A stretch of DNA of 64,000 bases from a virus. The position numbers and the translations under genes were made by a program. The stretch covers positions 105,506 to 169,505 of the IMG/VR virus record IMGVR_UViG_3300032257_000479. One strand, given 5' to 3'. Of the stretch, positions 40,940-51,421 are shown piece after piece (within the stretch, counting starts at the first letter, position 1; every line of letters starts with the position of its first letter). Under the pieces are notes generated by a model that was given only the letters and a program-made list of their open reading frames with translations, was not told the origin of the DNA and searched no databases.

Positions 40940-41620
40940 TTAGCTGCTGAATTCGTTCCTAAAACTTTCGTCATATTCATTGCTAAATTTCAGTAGTTTT
41001 AGCATTGCCAATTTGGGGTCTCCATCATTATTTATTCCAACAAAAGCATCTATCTTCTTTTTGTTTTTATAAAACCATTTCTTTTCGCTATCCCACAAAG
41101 AAAGACCATCCTCATCTTGATTTATATACAATTTTAAAAAAGAAGATTTTATTCCAGCGACTATTGCGTTATCTGTTTCTCTTTCTTCTAATAATGCGTT
41201 TGCAGTTTTTATTGTCCACGGCGAAGTGTTTGGGCAATGCTTATCCAAATATTCTAAGTCTGCTGCAATAGTCTTTTTCGCCTGTCTTCTTCCTGCCCCT
41301 TTGCTTTTTGGGTTTTCGACAAGGCCCATTGCTGATTCTTTATCATACCATAGCTGAAGTCTATCAACAAGGAGCTGCAATTCATTTTCTCTCATGGAAG
41401 AGGATTCTAAAGATACAACTTTTTGCCACATATCATAGCACTCTTGGCCAGCTTTAGATTTCTTTTCCCAGTAAGCTGTCTCTACCCTTTTGTCTTGAGT
41501 GTCCGCCATTCTAGCCAAATTTGTGAACATATCCCATGTATAATGGACTGCTCCCATCTTTTTCGCAAACAAAGGCATTAATTCCGTGTCAAATATTTCT
41601 TCTGCTTTTTTTGTACTCAT
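40940..41620 (-). CDS. hypothetical protein
   Basis: 226-aa ORF with a GTCGATAA box upstream. Confidence 0.7.
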   Translation of the reverse strand: MSTKKAEEIFDTELMPLFAKKMGAVHYTWDMFTNLARMADTQDKRVETAYWEKKSKAGQECYDMWQKVVSLESSSMRENELQLLVDRLQLWYDKESAMGLVENPKSKGAGRRQAKKTIAADLEYLDKHCPNTSPWTIKTANALLEERETDNAIVAGIKSSFLKLYINQDEDGLSLWDSEKKWFYKNKKKIDAFVGINNDGDPKLAMLKLLKFSNEYDESFRNEFSS

Positions 41621-41664
41621 AATAATTTATCGACTCATAACAATAAATTGTTACAAACAAACAC

Positions 41665-41874
41665 TTATATGGGATAATCTGTAGGGTCAGGCTCTGCTGG
41701 AACATCATCAGCATCCATGAAAAATGATCTTATTTTTGCAAGCCTATTCATTTTCACCCAAGCTCTATGGTGAATGTTAAAATCGGCCCAATCGCCAGTT
41801 GGGGGAACTATCTTGCCTGCAATAATAGAGGCCATAATTTCTTCTTCAACATATGCTGGATCTGGTTCAGGCAT
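41665..41874 (-). CDS. small hypothetical protein
   Basis: GGGAGA SD. Confidence 0.6.
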   Translation of the reverse strand: MPEPDPAYVEEEIMASIIAGKIVPPTGDWADFNIHHRAWVKMNRLAKIRSFFMDADDVPAEPDPTDYPI

Positions 41875-41892
41875 TTTATTCTCCCATTATAC

Positions 41893-42399
41893 TTAATAGC
41901 CGCTTCTTTGCTTCTCCAGAAAAGCGTCAGTTTCTGGTCTTTCTTTTGAATCATAAAAAGATGGCTCAGTTTGAATAGATGAAAAATCAAGAACAATCAA
42001 AGCAGGAAAAGATTTGAATCCCATTTGAATTAAAGAATCAAACCTATGAGCACCCTCAAGCAAATAAGGATAAGGCTCTTCATCATAAACAATTATCAAA
42101 GGCTCTATCGATTGATTCTGCTGAATCTCCTGACCCAAAGAATGTAAATAATCTTTTTCCGACTGATTATTCGCGGAAGAAGAAAGATTCTCAAAAACAG
42201 AAAATGGAACCTCTCTAACGCCAGGCAAAGATTCCCATTTAGTAAAACTAGCATCAAGAGAAGACATGGAATTACCAATAGGTCTAATAGCCATGCTGCC
42301 AAAAGAACTTATAGAAGGAAAACTATTCGCAACCTGATAATTAGGATGCGATTGAATTCCGACCTCTTGAGCAATTTTTATTTGCCTATACCAATTCAT
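41893..42399 (-). CDS. MNWY-leader ParB/Srx-like domain protein
   Basis: MNWYRQIKIAQ; L...I.....I.PLII......LLEG.HR..L...G....PAL. Confidence 0.75.
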   Translation of the reverse strand: MNWYRQIKIAQEVGIQSHPNYQVANSFPSISSFGSMAIRPIGNSMSSLDASFTKWESLPGVREVPFSVFENLSSSANNQSEKDYLHSLGQEIQQNQSIEPLIIVYDEEPYPYLLEGAHRFDSLIQMGFKSFPALIVLDFSSIQTEPSFYDSKERPETDAFLEKQRSGY

Positions 42400-44003
42400 A
42401 CAACTCGAATCCTTATTTTTGTTATTCTGCTTTTTATATTTGGATTCAACTTATTGTAAACCCTTGCCTTAATAACAGTATTATCAGAACCAGTTAAGTT
42501 TCTATTTAAGACAAGTGGACCAGAATACAATTTACTCTTACTTGTTGGATTCTTACCATTTGTAGTATATCGAACCTCATGGTTCGAGTCAGTTTCTTCC
42601 AAAACAATAGTTGCAGGCCTTGATACAGGAAGCTCCAATGGCATCTCTTCAATATCATGACCAGATCTCCTTGTTGAATAAGAATTGTTCTTTATGCTAA
42701 AGGATGGAGAAGCTATAGCTGAAGGAGGAGTTGTTGTTCCTATAACTCTTGTTGTCGCAGGATCTAGCACCCAGTTCTCCTCCTGAAAATGCCATTCAAT
42801 ATCTTTCGCAAACGCTATCGCATCTTTCGCCGCATTTGGGTGAACGCCTACATCTAATTCAATACCATCTGTAACAACTGTTCCGTCAAGTTGAGTAGCT
42901 CTTCCATCTGGAGTTAATCCGTCGTAAGAATCCCACATACTTATATAGCCGTAAGTATTTTCGGTGCAAATATCAAGAAGATCGCTAGCTTTTGATGCGG
43001 TCATTGCATGAGAGACATCAGCATTCCAAGGGGCAATACATAAAACATCAGGTGACGAATATCCATTATCTGTATGAGCATCTTTCCATGTATCTATGAG
43101 GGACTCCATGTTCGCTTTATAAGCACCAGAGTCTTCAGCATTATGTCCAGTCATGAATATAATCAAATCATAACCCTCTGCAACATCAATTAATGACTTT
43201 CTTGCTGCAACGCTTTGCCTGTTTACCAAATCATAAGCAGACCAAGAAGACCTTGCTGTATTTGTTAGAACAAGTCCTGTGCTAGGGAATGTTTCTCCGG
43301 ATGGGGAGTTGTAGATGAGAGAGCCTAGAATCTGAAGCTCCCTATTCGTATCATTGTTATTAGAATCTTTTACTACGATACCGACCGGAGAAGAACCAGA
43401 ACCGGGGAATGTCGCCTCATTTCGAATGGGCCAGTTCAATATTCTTAACGCATCCGATGCATCAAATACAACAGGGTCTCCGCCTATACCGAAATCTTCC
43501 GAAGCTCCATTTGATGTTCCTCGTCTTTCTGCGATCCTCATTCTTGCAAAAGTTCCAGCGGCATCCCTAAGAATGGTTCTACTGTTTTTGCGAGCATCCA
43601 AGTCAATAGCATTTGTGTGTCCTCCAACAGCCCACTGATAAGTTCCTAAGTTAGAAAAGTTAGGACTTATAGTGCCTGCAACATCCCATGAACGGCTATG
43701 CTGAATGTGATCGCTTGTATTTCCATCTCCCCAGTTAGTTTGTTGGATAAGCGAAGTTCTGGTAATCGTTGCTCCAAAATCGCTTGAATCAGGATTTGCC
43801 GAATGAGATTGCCCAACAGCGGCATTTCCTACTCCATGAATAAAAGCTCCAACATGCTGTATTGCCCATTTCTGAGTTTGACCAACCCATCTCTCCTCTG
43901 TTCTAAGAGATTGGGAATCTCCAACAATGAGAACCTTCGTTAATGAAGAAGAAGCTCTTGTTGGTAAAACTATTTTATCTAAATTTTTATTTAATTGAGC
44001 CAT
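42396..44003 (-). CDS. SGNH/GDSL-like hydrolase with C-terminal Fn3-associated (chitobiase-C-like) module; probable virion appendage
   Basis: VGDSQS, NTARSSW, GHN, D.GVHPN; C-terminal EVRYTTNGKNPTSKS.LY.GP. Confidence 0.7.
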   Translation of the reverse strand: MAQLNKNLDKIVLPTRASSSLTKVLIVGDSQSLRTEERWVGQTQKWAIQHVGAFIHGVGNAAVGQSHSANPDSSDFGATITRTSLIQQTNWGDGNTSDHIQHSRSWDVAGTISPNFSNLGTYQWAVGGHTNAIDLDARKNSRTILRDAAGTFARMRIAERRGTSNGASEDFGIGGDPVVFDASDALRILNWPIRNEATFPGSGSSPVGIVVKDSNNNDTNRELQILGSLIYNSPSGETFPSTGLVLTNTARSSWSAYDLVNRQSVAARKSLIDVAEGYDLIIFMTGHNAEDSGAYKANMESLIDTWKDAHTDNGYSSPDVLCIAPWNADVSHAMTASKASDLLDICTENTYGYISMWDSYDGLTPDGRATQLDGTVVTDGIELDVGVHPNAAKDAIAFAKDIEWHFQEENWVLDPATTRVIGTTTPPSAIASPSFSIKNNSYSTRRSGHDIEEMPLELPVSRPATIVLEETDSNHEVRYTTNGKNPTSKSKLYSGPLVLNRNLTGSDNTVIKARVYNKLNPNIKSRITKIRIRVV

Positions 44004-44011
44004 AATATTCC

Positions 44012-44494
44012 TTAAATATAATTATCACCCGATTCGTGATCATCGTAACCATCGTTGTAAAGTTCTTCCTGAGGTTCCTGATGTTTTATTATTGAATCTC
44101 TAACAAAATTCATCATAGTTGCAGGTACTGCGTTTTGAGATTGAAAGATTTGACTGCCCACAATCTGAGAATCAGTCAGAACAGAAACATTTGCTCTCAA
44201 TAAATTCTGAGAAGGCTGATTGTTTACGCCCTTCAAAGTTCCAGTCCCCATTTCCCCAAAAGTTGAACCCTGAACCATTTCTGAAAATTGTAATTGAATA
44301 CGACAAGCGTAATTTACATTATTAAATATTGAATTGAAACGAAAACTGACATTTCTTCCGTCGTTTATGGAACTTGCCCTTGGATCAAAAATTACGCCAG
44401 CGTCCTTCAAAATAAAATCCGCGGTATTGGAAAGATGATCGTAAAAACGAACCCACCAATCTGTCTCAAGTTGAGCTATTTTATACCAATTCAT
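44012..44494 (-). CDS. MNWY-leader hypothetical protein
   Basis: Starts MNWYKIAQ. Confidence 0.7.
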   Translation of the reverse strand: MNWYKIAQLETDWWVRFYDHLSNTADFILKDAGVIFDPRASSINDGRNVSFRFNSIFNNVNYACRIQLQFSEMVQGSTFGEMGTGTLKGVNNQPSQNLLRANVSVLTDSQIVGSQIFQSQNAVPATMMNFVRDSIIKHQEPQEELYNDGYDDHESGDNYI

Positions 44495-46815
44495 ACAATC
44501 CTTAATCTTATCTTAACTATTCTACTCTTAATGTTAGAGTTTAATCTATGATATATCCTTGCCTTAATAATAGTATTGTCAGAACCAGTTAAATTCCTTG
44601 TTATGGTTAATGGCTCTACATATAAGTTACTCTTACTTGTTGGATTCTTACCATTTACAGTGTAACGAACTTCATAATCAGGATGAACTGTCTCTAAAGT
44701 AACCGTTGAACTACCGCTAACATCAACCTGTTCAACCATTGACTCTATGTTTGCATCAACAAATCTTGTATCATATGAAGATCCGTCTACGCTAAAGGTA
44801 GGAGATGGAGTTGAACTTGGAGCAAGAAGAGTGCTTAATGATCTGCCAAAAGAGCCAGCAGACAACAAATTTGCCATAAAATTAGCTGTATACAATCTAT
44901 CGCCAGAACCATCTACCCCTAAGATAAAGTGGACATCATCATTAGACCCTAGATAATAATCAGTTATTGTATCATCAAATTCAGACCAAAATAATAAGTC
45001 TGGCCTATTTTTACTAAGTAACATAGCTTTTACATTTGTGTTCAAGTAATCATAAGCATCATGGACATATGATTGCCAGTTTTGCCCTGATTCGCCTAGG
45101 GGCGGCTTGATCGCCTTACCTATCCATAAGGTTATATTATTTTCAATACAAGAATCAACTAATGTTTCCATTTTTGCAAATATCTCATCTCTAGTAGTTA
45201 TAACGCTTCCTTCAATAGTCCTTACAGGAGATAAATCATTTATAATCCACTCAAGGACAACAAGCGAATGACCAGCGAACAATGGTAATGCCGCTGAGTT
45301 TTCATCTACAAAATCTGTTATTTCGTTTCCTGAACGACCAATTGTTGTAAATGCATAACCTGAAGATAAATCATATTCTCTTGCCAAGTAACCTGGGAAA
45401 AGGTTGCTCGACCAAGCTCTAGGAAAAGCAGCCCAAGTTCTATTAAACATGTGTTGAGTTGGAGCTGCCAAGCCGCTTACGTCTGCGCCAACAAAGGATG
45501 ATACCAATCCGGAGAATTCCTTAACCATTCCAGTAATCCCGTCAATTTCGCAGTCGTTAGCTATAAAATCAATGTTTTCATAATGAGATGAAGCTAATCC
45601 GCCAGAATTTGTTATATCGATATCTGCATATTGAATAGTTTCAGAGGTTTCGAAATTATTACTTAGATCTTCTAGGCCAACTCTTAATTTTCCATCATAA
45701 CGATTTAGCCTCAAACAATATCTTGAAGAATCGCTATAGGTCATAATGTTTTGAGCAGCATAAACTCCATGCTTAATTTTTACGTTCCCGTCTTCAAATA
45801 TAATTCTACCAAGCTCAGAACCTGTTGTAAACACAATAGATAATGATCCTCCGCTATTTATAAGAAGGCCGTTTATCAAGACCATATTCATCCTGGTGGA
45901 ATTTATTGTTTCAAATGGTTGCCTCAAAGAACCTGTTGATCCTGTAGAAGTTACAACAAATCTCCTTCTCGCTGGGTTCGTTCCGCCTGTAGCATATTTT
46001 ACAGAAGTCACTTCTGCTGCATCTGACCATATCCAGAATCCTCGATCATTTTCAGTTTCCGATATGCCAACATCCGCAAATCTAAATATACAATCAGAAT
46101 TTGCTTCTTCGCTATATTTTGGCAAGAACTCAAAGTCATCAGTTATTACTCGAATCATGCCATCGCGATCGCCATATATCCTGTAAGTAACCCTATCATC
46201 TGGAACATCCGGTATTTTCCATTGAGCAATTCGATCAGCATTAATGCCTGACATTCCGTTTGCTCCAGAATCAACATTCGTATATTCAACTCCATCTACA
46301 AACATCCTAACCCATCCTGGATCATCGAACTCACAATCAATGGCAAACTCATACAAAGTAGAAAATTTCAAACCTTCTGATGCATTAATCCCATCTTCAG
46401 TGGACGTTCCGCCAAACTCGGCTCCCTCAAACCTAAACCCTTCTCCGCTATAAAAATTTGTTCCATGACGCAAAGAGAAAATAGATCTTTCTCCGGAAAC
46501 AGTATCAAAGAATCTTTCTCCCCCTCCAAGATCTGTGTAATCTATAGTCGAATTCTTAATTAACATAATGCCAGCCTGAATTCGAACTCTATCGCCAACC
46601 GAGCCAAATATGCTACCAGAATCGATAATATCTATTAAATCATCAGAACCTCCAGTATTGGCGTGCTCTATGTAATTTCCGTTAGAATCAGACCCGTGAG
46701 TCCAGTTTGCATCTAAACCGCCAATACCTGTAGCTGCTCCGCCTCTCGTCGAAAGCTCTGTAGCTGCTCCTGATGTTGCCCAAAGGCTTGTGTCTATCTC
46801 TAATAGTGGTGCCAT
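44491..46815 (-). CDS. beta-sandwich + SGNH-like protein with the shared C-terminal module
   Basis: GRSG, INDL and DDVHF blocks; same C-terminal ~90 aa as 42396 and 46831. Confidence 0.7.
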   Translation of the reverse strand: MAPLLEIDTSLWATSGAATELSTRGGAATGIGGLDANWTHGSDSNGNYIEHANTGGSDDLIDIIDSGSIFGSVGDRVRIQAGIMLIKNSTIDYTDLGGGERFFDTVSGERSIFSLRHGTNFYSGEGFRFEGAEFGGTSTEDGINASEGLKFSTLYEFAIDCEFDDPGWVRMFVDGVEYTNVDSGANGMSGINADRIAQWKIPDVPDDRVTYRIYGDRDGMIRVITDDFEFLPKYSEEANSDCIFRFADVGISETENDRGFWIWSDAAEVTSVKYATGGTNPARRRFVVTSTGSTGSLRQPFETINSTRMNMVLINGLLINSGGSLSIVFTTGSELGRIIFEDGNVKIKHGVYAAQNIMTYSDSSRYCLRLNRYDGKLRVGLEDLSNNFETSETIQYADIDITNSGGLASSHYENIDFIANDCEIDGITGMVKEFSGLVSSFVGADVSGLAAPTQHMFNRTWAAFPRAWSSNLFPGYLAREYDLSSGYAFTTIGRSGNEITDFVDENSAALPLFAGHSLVVLEWIINDLSPVRTIEGSVITTRDEIFAKMETLVDSCIENNITLWIGKAIKPPLGESGQNWQSYVHDAYDYLNTNVKAMLLSKNRPDLLFWSEFDDTITDYYLGSNDDVHFILGVDGSGDRLYTANFMANLLSAGSFGRSLSTLLAPSSTPSPTFSVDGSSYDTRFVDANIESMVEQVDVSGSSTVTLETVHPDYEVRYTVNGKNPTSKSNLYVEPLTITRNLTGSDNTIIKARIYHRLNSNIKSRIVKIRLRIV

Positions 46816-46830
46816 TGTTTTTCCTTGTTA

Positions 46831-48774
46831 TTATATAGCGTTTATGTCCATTTTGGTTATTCTGCTATGAATGTTTGGATTTAATTTATGATATATTCTT
46901 GCCTTAATAATAGTATTATCAGAGCCAGTAAGGTTCCTGTTTAAAACAATTGAACCAGAATATAATTTACTTTTACTTGTTGGGTTTTTACCATTCGTTG
47001 TGTATCGTATTTCATAGTCAGACCCAACATCTTCAAAAACAACAGAAACAGGCTTTGAGGCATTTCTTTTCTCAATTGTTGATTCAATATTTGGATCAGT
47101 TAACCTTGTACCACAAGAACATGAATTTATGGTAAATGAAGGAGCAGGCGTATCTTTCGGAGCAACACTCGCATTAAGATTTCTTGCGCTGGAAACAAAA
47201 GCTGTTCGCTTGCTCAATTCGGCCATCATCCACAAATGAGGTCTAACTGCCTCTGAATGTCCTATCATATTTGGGTGAGGCGTATTGCCTCTATAACCCA
47301 TTTCCCAAGAAGCCCAGTGGTCGCCTGCAAATTGAGACTCTAAAGCAAAACCTCCAGCAGTTGCCGTTTGAGCTAAAACAACATTGTCATAAAGTGTTTG
47401 TCCGCTTGAATATTTTTCATGTTGAGCATCGCCTGCATAATAGCCTTCAGTAGAAGTTGACTCAGCAAGAGTTGCGGTCATAAACGTTTCCATGTCCGCT
47501 GCTACAGATCCCTGATTTGCTAAATGAGCAATAAGAACTTTCATGTTAAGAATATTGCATAATTCTCCAAACCAAGAATTTCTAGGCCATGCCTCTAATT
47601 GATTTCCATATCCGTTTCCAGACCATCCAGCACCGCCAATAGCAAACCCGGTTATGTTTGTTCGTATAACGCTCATTCCTAGCATAAAATTCAAACCAGT
47701 TGTATTTGTTATTCTTACACCTCTATACTCAGAGGCAGTTGTTGGCATTGTATAGGTTTCTTTTCCAATAGAATATGGCCCAAAATGAAGAACATCTCCA
47801 GTGGTCGGAGCTGTTTCAAAATCCCATTTTACAACAAAGCTATCTGCGGTTTTTGATACAATAACTCCAATGCAAACAAAGCTTAATCCATCATCAACCA
47901 TTACTGCATGGTCAACTTGAACATCAGCAAATCCAACAGGAGCAGAGTCAAAAGCAAATGTTTTTGTTCCAGAAGTATAAGAATCAGAAGCTGTCATTGT
48001 GTGGTCTAAAACAGACCCGCTGTCAGCGTCTATTTCTATATTAACAGGATCTTCAGGAGCAAAGTTCCCCTGTTCGCTTGAAGCATCTGCCGTAACATGT
48101 TCCCATCTCCAAGTACCAAAACCAGGTCCTTTCATATAAACAAGATTGCATTCAGCTTCTTCTGAATTAATAAGAAGAGAATCTCCCTCAAGAGGGTATC
48201 TCCCTTCGTGAAGACCGCCAGTGCCAAAAAGAGAATCAACTCCTGATGGCAAACTAGCTTCAACCATATTTCTTTGATATTGAGTGAAAGCATTTGCTCC
48301 TGTATCTAGAGCTACACCGCCTCCAGGTCCTCTTAGATTTGAATATCCCTGAAAACCAAAATGAGCTAAGTCATAATACCTTGAATCAGTTCTTGCATTT
48401 CCCACGTTAGCACCAAAAGTCCAAGGAGTTGCTGGAACATCAATGCCAAACCCTCTACGAGATAATATTTCAAAACCGCTAAATGAAACTCCGTTCAATC
48501 TAGGGTAAAGCCATCTTGCATATCCATTAGAAAGAGATCTTGACCAGAGTCTGTCATTGGAATCATTTGTTGCGCCTTCTCTAGAGTTTGCTGTTACTAT
48601 AATGCTTATAACAGAATTTGGAGCAGTTTGGTCCACATAATATTTTCCAATTTTCCACAAGTGCCTAGATGGAACATCAACATAGGTGTCTGCAGTTTGA
48701 CCCACACCAGGAACAGGAACAGAATTAAAAAACGTAGATGACGGAAATACTTCAGGGGTTATTGTTTCACTCAT
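46831..48774 (-). CDS. SGNH-like protein with the shared C-terminal module
   Basis: ANS, GWSG and HPN..GH blocks; shared C-terminus. Confidence 0.7.
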   Translation of the reverse strand: MSETITPEVFPSSTFFNSVPVPGVGQTADTYVDVPSRHLWKIGKYYVDQTAPNSVISIIVTANSREGATNDSNDRLWSRSLSNGYARWLYPRLNGVSFSGFEILSRRGFGIDVPATPWTFGANVGNARTDSRYYDLAHFGFQGYSNLRGPGGGVALDTGANAFTQYQRNMVEASLPSGVDSLFGTGGLHEGRYPLEGDSLLINSEEAECNLVYMKGPGFGTWRWEHVTADASSEQGNFAPEDPVNIEIDADSGSVLDHTMTASDSYTSGTKTFAFDSAPVGFADVQVDHAVMVDDGLSFVCIGVIVSKTADSFVVKWDFETAPTTGDVLHFGPYSIGKETYTMPTTASEYRGVRITNTTGLNFMLGMSVIRTNITGFAIGGAGWSGNGYGNQLEAWPRNSWFGELCNILNMKVLIAHLANQGSVAADMETFMTATLAESTSTEGYYAGDAQHEKYSSGQTLYDNVVLAQTATAGGFALESQFAGDHWASWEMGYRGNTPHPNMIGHSEAVRPHLWMMAELSKRTAFVSSARNLNASVAPKDTPAPSFTINSCSCGTRLTDPNIESTIEKRNASKPVSVVFEDVGSDYEIRYTTNGKNPTSKSKLYSGSIVLNRNLTGSDNTIIKARIYHKLNPNIHSRITKMDINAI

Positions 48775-49646
48775 GATGGGTTCTCTCTGTATGGGTCAAA
48801 AAATCCTACCGGAGTAGTTGTATGTATGGTTGTGTCCGCCTCCCAAACATGTATAGTGTCGGTTTTTGCGACTCCAGTTTCGTATCTATATGTTAAAATG
48901 TCTTGAGGGTTTGTTAAAACATCTGTTATAATTGGCCCTTCAACATTTGAAGAGCTTCCTCTTTCTCCAACATTTGATCCCGGAAAATGAGGAAGAGCAA
49001 AAATTCCGTCATGAGATGGACCAGGCAAATTTCCAGAAGCCGCTTGAGTCCAAGGGTGAATATTTTTTGCATCCCATATTGTTGTTATGTCATCTTCATC
49101 TATTATAATATCATCCCAAAAACACAATGAACCCATTGCCCCATGCCAAACCTGAGCGCCTAAGCTTGCAAAAGTAGTGAATACCCTAAGCTCTCCATTA
49201 AGATTAACATCAGCGGAAGGAACAACGCTTGTTGGCCAAGCACTTGCATTTATTGCTGTTGGGTCATCATCTGTTTCATATATTGCCCATACCTTTGTAT
49301 CAAGATTCAGTCCAGTAAGATCTATGTAACCTGCCCAAAGAGACCATTCTCCTGTGTTTACATTAAGATTAGAAGTTCCAGTTCCGCCTTGACGATAGCT
49401 ATAAGTTGTGCCGTCAGCTCTTAGTGTTGGAGCGCCAGCAGTTCCTGATACTCTTACTCCAAAATAATTGCTTGCATCTGTGTTTAATGTAAATATATTG
49501 CGAAAAGTTCCTACGGCATCAGCTTTTCTATATACCCAAACCATAAAGCTGAATCTACTTGCATTATCTGTCATCCAGCTAGGTAAGTCTGAATTGTCGA
49601 TTATGTACCCACCATCGCCTGTTGTATCTGAAAATTGTTTTAACAT
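48771..49646 (-). CDS. LamG/concanavalin-like beta-sandwich protein
   Basis: FSFMVWV, TGEW..WA, W.G.M..L.FWD......DI..IW pattern. Confidence 0.6.
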   Translation of the reverse strand: MLKQFSDTTGDGGYIIDNSDLPSWMTDNASRFSFMVWVYRKADAVGTFRNIFTLNTDASNYFGVRVSGTAGAPTLRADGTTYSYRQGGTGTSNLNVNTGEWSLWAGYIDLTGLNLDTKVWAIYETDDDPTAINASAWPTSVVPSADVNLNGELRVFTTFASLGAQVWHGAMGSLCFWDDIIIDEDDITTIWDAKNIHPWTQAASGNLPGPSHDGIFALPHFPGSNVGERGSSSNVEGPIITDVLTNPQDILTYRYETGVAKTDTIHVWEADTTIHTTTPVGFFDPYRENPS

Positions 49647-49659
49647 AATTGCTCCTAAT

Positions 49660-49899
49660 TTATATTTTCTCTGGAGGATTAATCATTGGAACCTCATCGC
49701 CCACTGATCCGTGAACTCTTTGGTATAACTCGCTAGCGGCTCTTTCTGCCGCTTCTTGTTCTGCTTGCGGATTCTCTGGTTGGGATTCGACTCTGACCTC
49801 ATAGATCATGACTCCCCTATATCTCGCCTGCTTTTCAGCGAATTGAGCAATCTTCTTTTTTGCATATGACCATGCTGGTATTTTGTTTGTGAAATTCAT
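49660..49899 (-). CDS. small hypothetical protein
   Basis: AAGGGG SD; W..AKKKIAQ; AAGG-N15-GTCGAAAT upstream. Confidence 0.65.
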   Translation of the reverse strand: MNFTNKIPAWSYAKKKIAQFAEKQARYRGVMIYEVRVESQPENPQAEQEAAERAASELYQRVHGSVGDEVPMINPPEKI

Positions 49900-50470
49900 A
49901 ATGACCCCTTTGTCTCTAACTGTATTTCGACCAATTAGAAGGAATTCCTTGTCTAAATCTTGATTTCAGTTTTTCGAAGATTTGATTCGCAAAATTTTTT
50001 TTTTTAAGACTCAGTACCAGTGCAAACACGAAAAACGACAGTAAAGCAATCATTACCAGAACATCACGCTAAAAAACGAACCTTTCCTAGCTATAACAAC
50101 TAAGAAACGAACGCTTCATAATAAACTTCTAAAAATAAAAACAGCCATCACCAAACGGTAATAGCTTTTATTAATCAATATATGCTATATTTTAGCAAAA
50201 ACAAGACTGCCAAACAGACAGCTAACTTTTCGGTGAACGAATTAATTTTCGCGGAACAAGAATAGAAGCTCTACTCTTTTCCATTATTTCCAATATGCTC
50301 TCAACAGTTTGCTTATCCTTTTCTCTTTAATTCAATTAACCCTTTTTCCGTCCACCCATCATCGTCTACCCAAAAGCCTTCGTCTCTCATTCGTTGCCAA
50401 AATGGTTTACAATTAGGACACTCTAAGCTCGCTTTAGAACCAGGATGGTTTATGCATTTCATGCTGCACT

Positions 50471-50713
50471 TCATTTGCTTATCCTTTTCTCTAATTCGAC
50501 TTTCATTGCCTCAGCTTCCTTACCTGAACCATGACCGTTCCGCTCCAAGTAAGACAAAGTATTGTTTATATGGAGAAGGTCCATCTCATCCACCCATAAC
50601 TTCGTGCCCGACGAATACCAATAAGGACGCTTTGAGAACTCACGCTCCTCAGCATCAGACAAAGCCATATCTACCAATTGATGCTCACGATAATAATCTG
50701 CTATGTCGCCCAT
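50471..50713 (-). CDS. small phage protein
   Basis: MGDIADY and W......L...EM...HI.N.L..L patterns; GGAGG SD. Confidence 0.7.
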   Translation of the reverse strand: MGDIADYYREHQLVDMALSDAEEREFSKRPYWYSSGTKLWVDEMDLLHINNTLSYLERNGHGSGKEAEAMKVELEKRISK

Positions 50714-51084
50714 TACTTAACCTCCTTAATGGGACGGTAGAACCAGCGTCTACCATAGCCATCAGGGTGCCTTTCATACACGCCAAGCTCAACAAGCTCA
50801 TCGCCATATCGGACAGCATCAGACTTAGCCATTGTATCAAACCACCCGAACCTGTCGCTTGACTCATCCGAAATCTCATCAGCTAATTCCAAAAATAGGT
50901 CCTCAATAAGATCAGAACACCTATCCTTTAAAATAGAATTTTTATCAATAAGCTCTTGCCTTTCCTTAAAAGAAACACAAATAACAGCATTAGCATAATC
51001 ATGCCAATCAGCGCTGCTGATTGCCTGCGTCTCAGTTGCGAAACGAGCCAATTGCTCCATATTCATTCCCTTAAACTTACTCAT
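50713..51084 (-). CDS. hypothetical protein
   Basis: Contiguous ORF. Confidence 0.6.
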   Translation of the reverse strand: MSKFKGMNMEQLARFATETQAISSADWHDYANAVICVSFKERQELIDKNSILKDRCSDLIEDLFLELADEISDESSDRFGWFDTMAKSDAVRYGDELVELGVYERHPDGYGRRWFYRPIKEVK

Positions 51085-51087
51085 AAC

Positions 51088-51420
51088 TTAACCCCCTAAA
51101 CACATACAATCAACAGAATGGGTCATGCCGCTGCTATCAGAACTGTGGAAGTATATATAAAGATGACCCTTATGGTAAATCGTATCAATACGCAAATGGC
51201 CGTCAGAACTCCATATCTTGACAGTATCAATCAATACCGCTACATTATCTATAGCCGGAATAGCATTGACCTCTGTGACCTGTATATTTCCGCGGGGAAG
51301 AGAATGAGGATTGCTTCCTGCCTTTGCTTCATTTCCGCCATTAGGAGCCATAGCAATCAGAATCGCAATGCCCACAAAACAAAAAATCATAAGCCAACTT
51401 AGATATTTCGTATCCTTCAT
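51088..51420 (-). CDS. membrane-anchored protein with H-x-G-H...H-x3-C-x-C tail
   Basis: Start reassigned to MKDTK (GGAGG SD); one TM helix. Confidence 0.65.
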   Translation of the reverse strand: MKDTKYLSWLMIFCFVGIAILIAMAPNGGNEAKAGSNPHSLPRGNIQVTEVNAIPAIDNVAVLIDTVKIWSSDGHLRIDTIYHKGHLYIYFHSSDSSGMTHSVDCMCLGG

Positions 51421-51421
51421 A

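Noticed and set aside
42400-47160. Diversity-generating retroelement (TR/VR) in the repeated 3' ends
   Set aside because: All three copies are coding, differences are mostly synonymous third positions rather than adenine-specific, and no reverse transcriptase is present.
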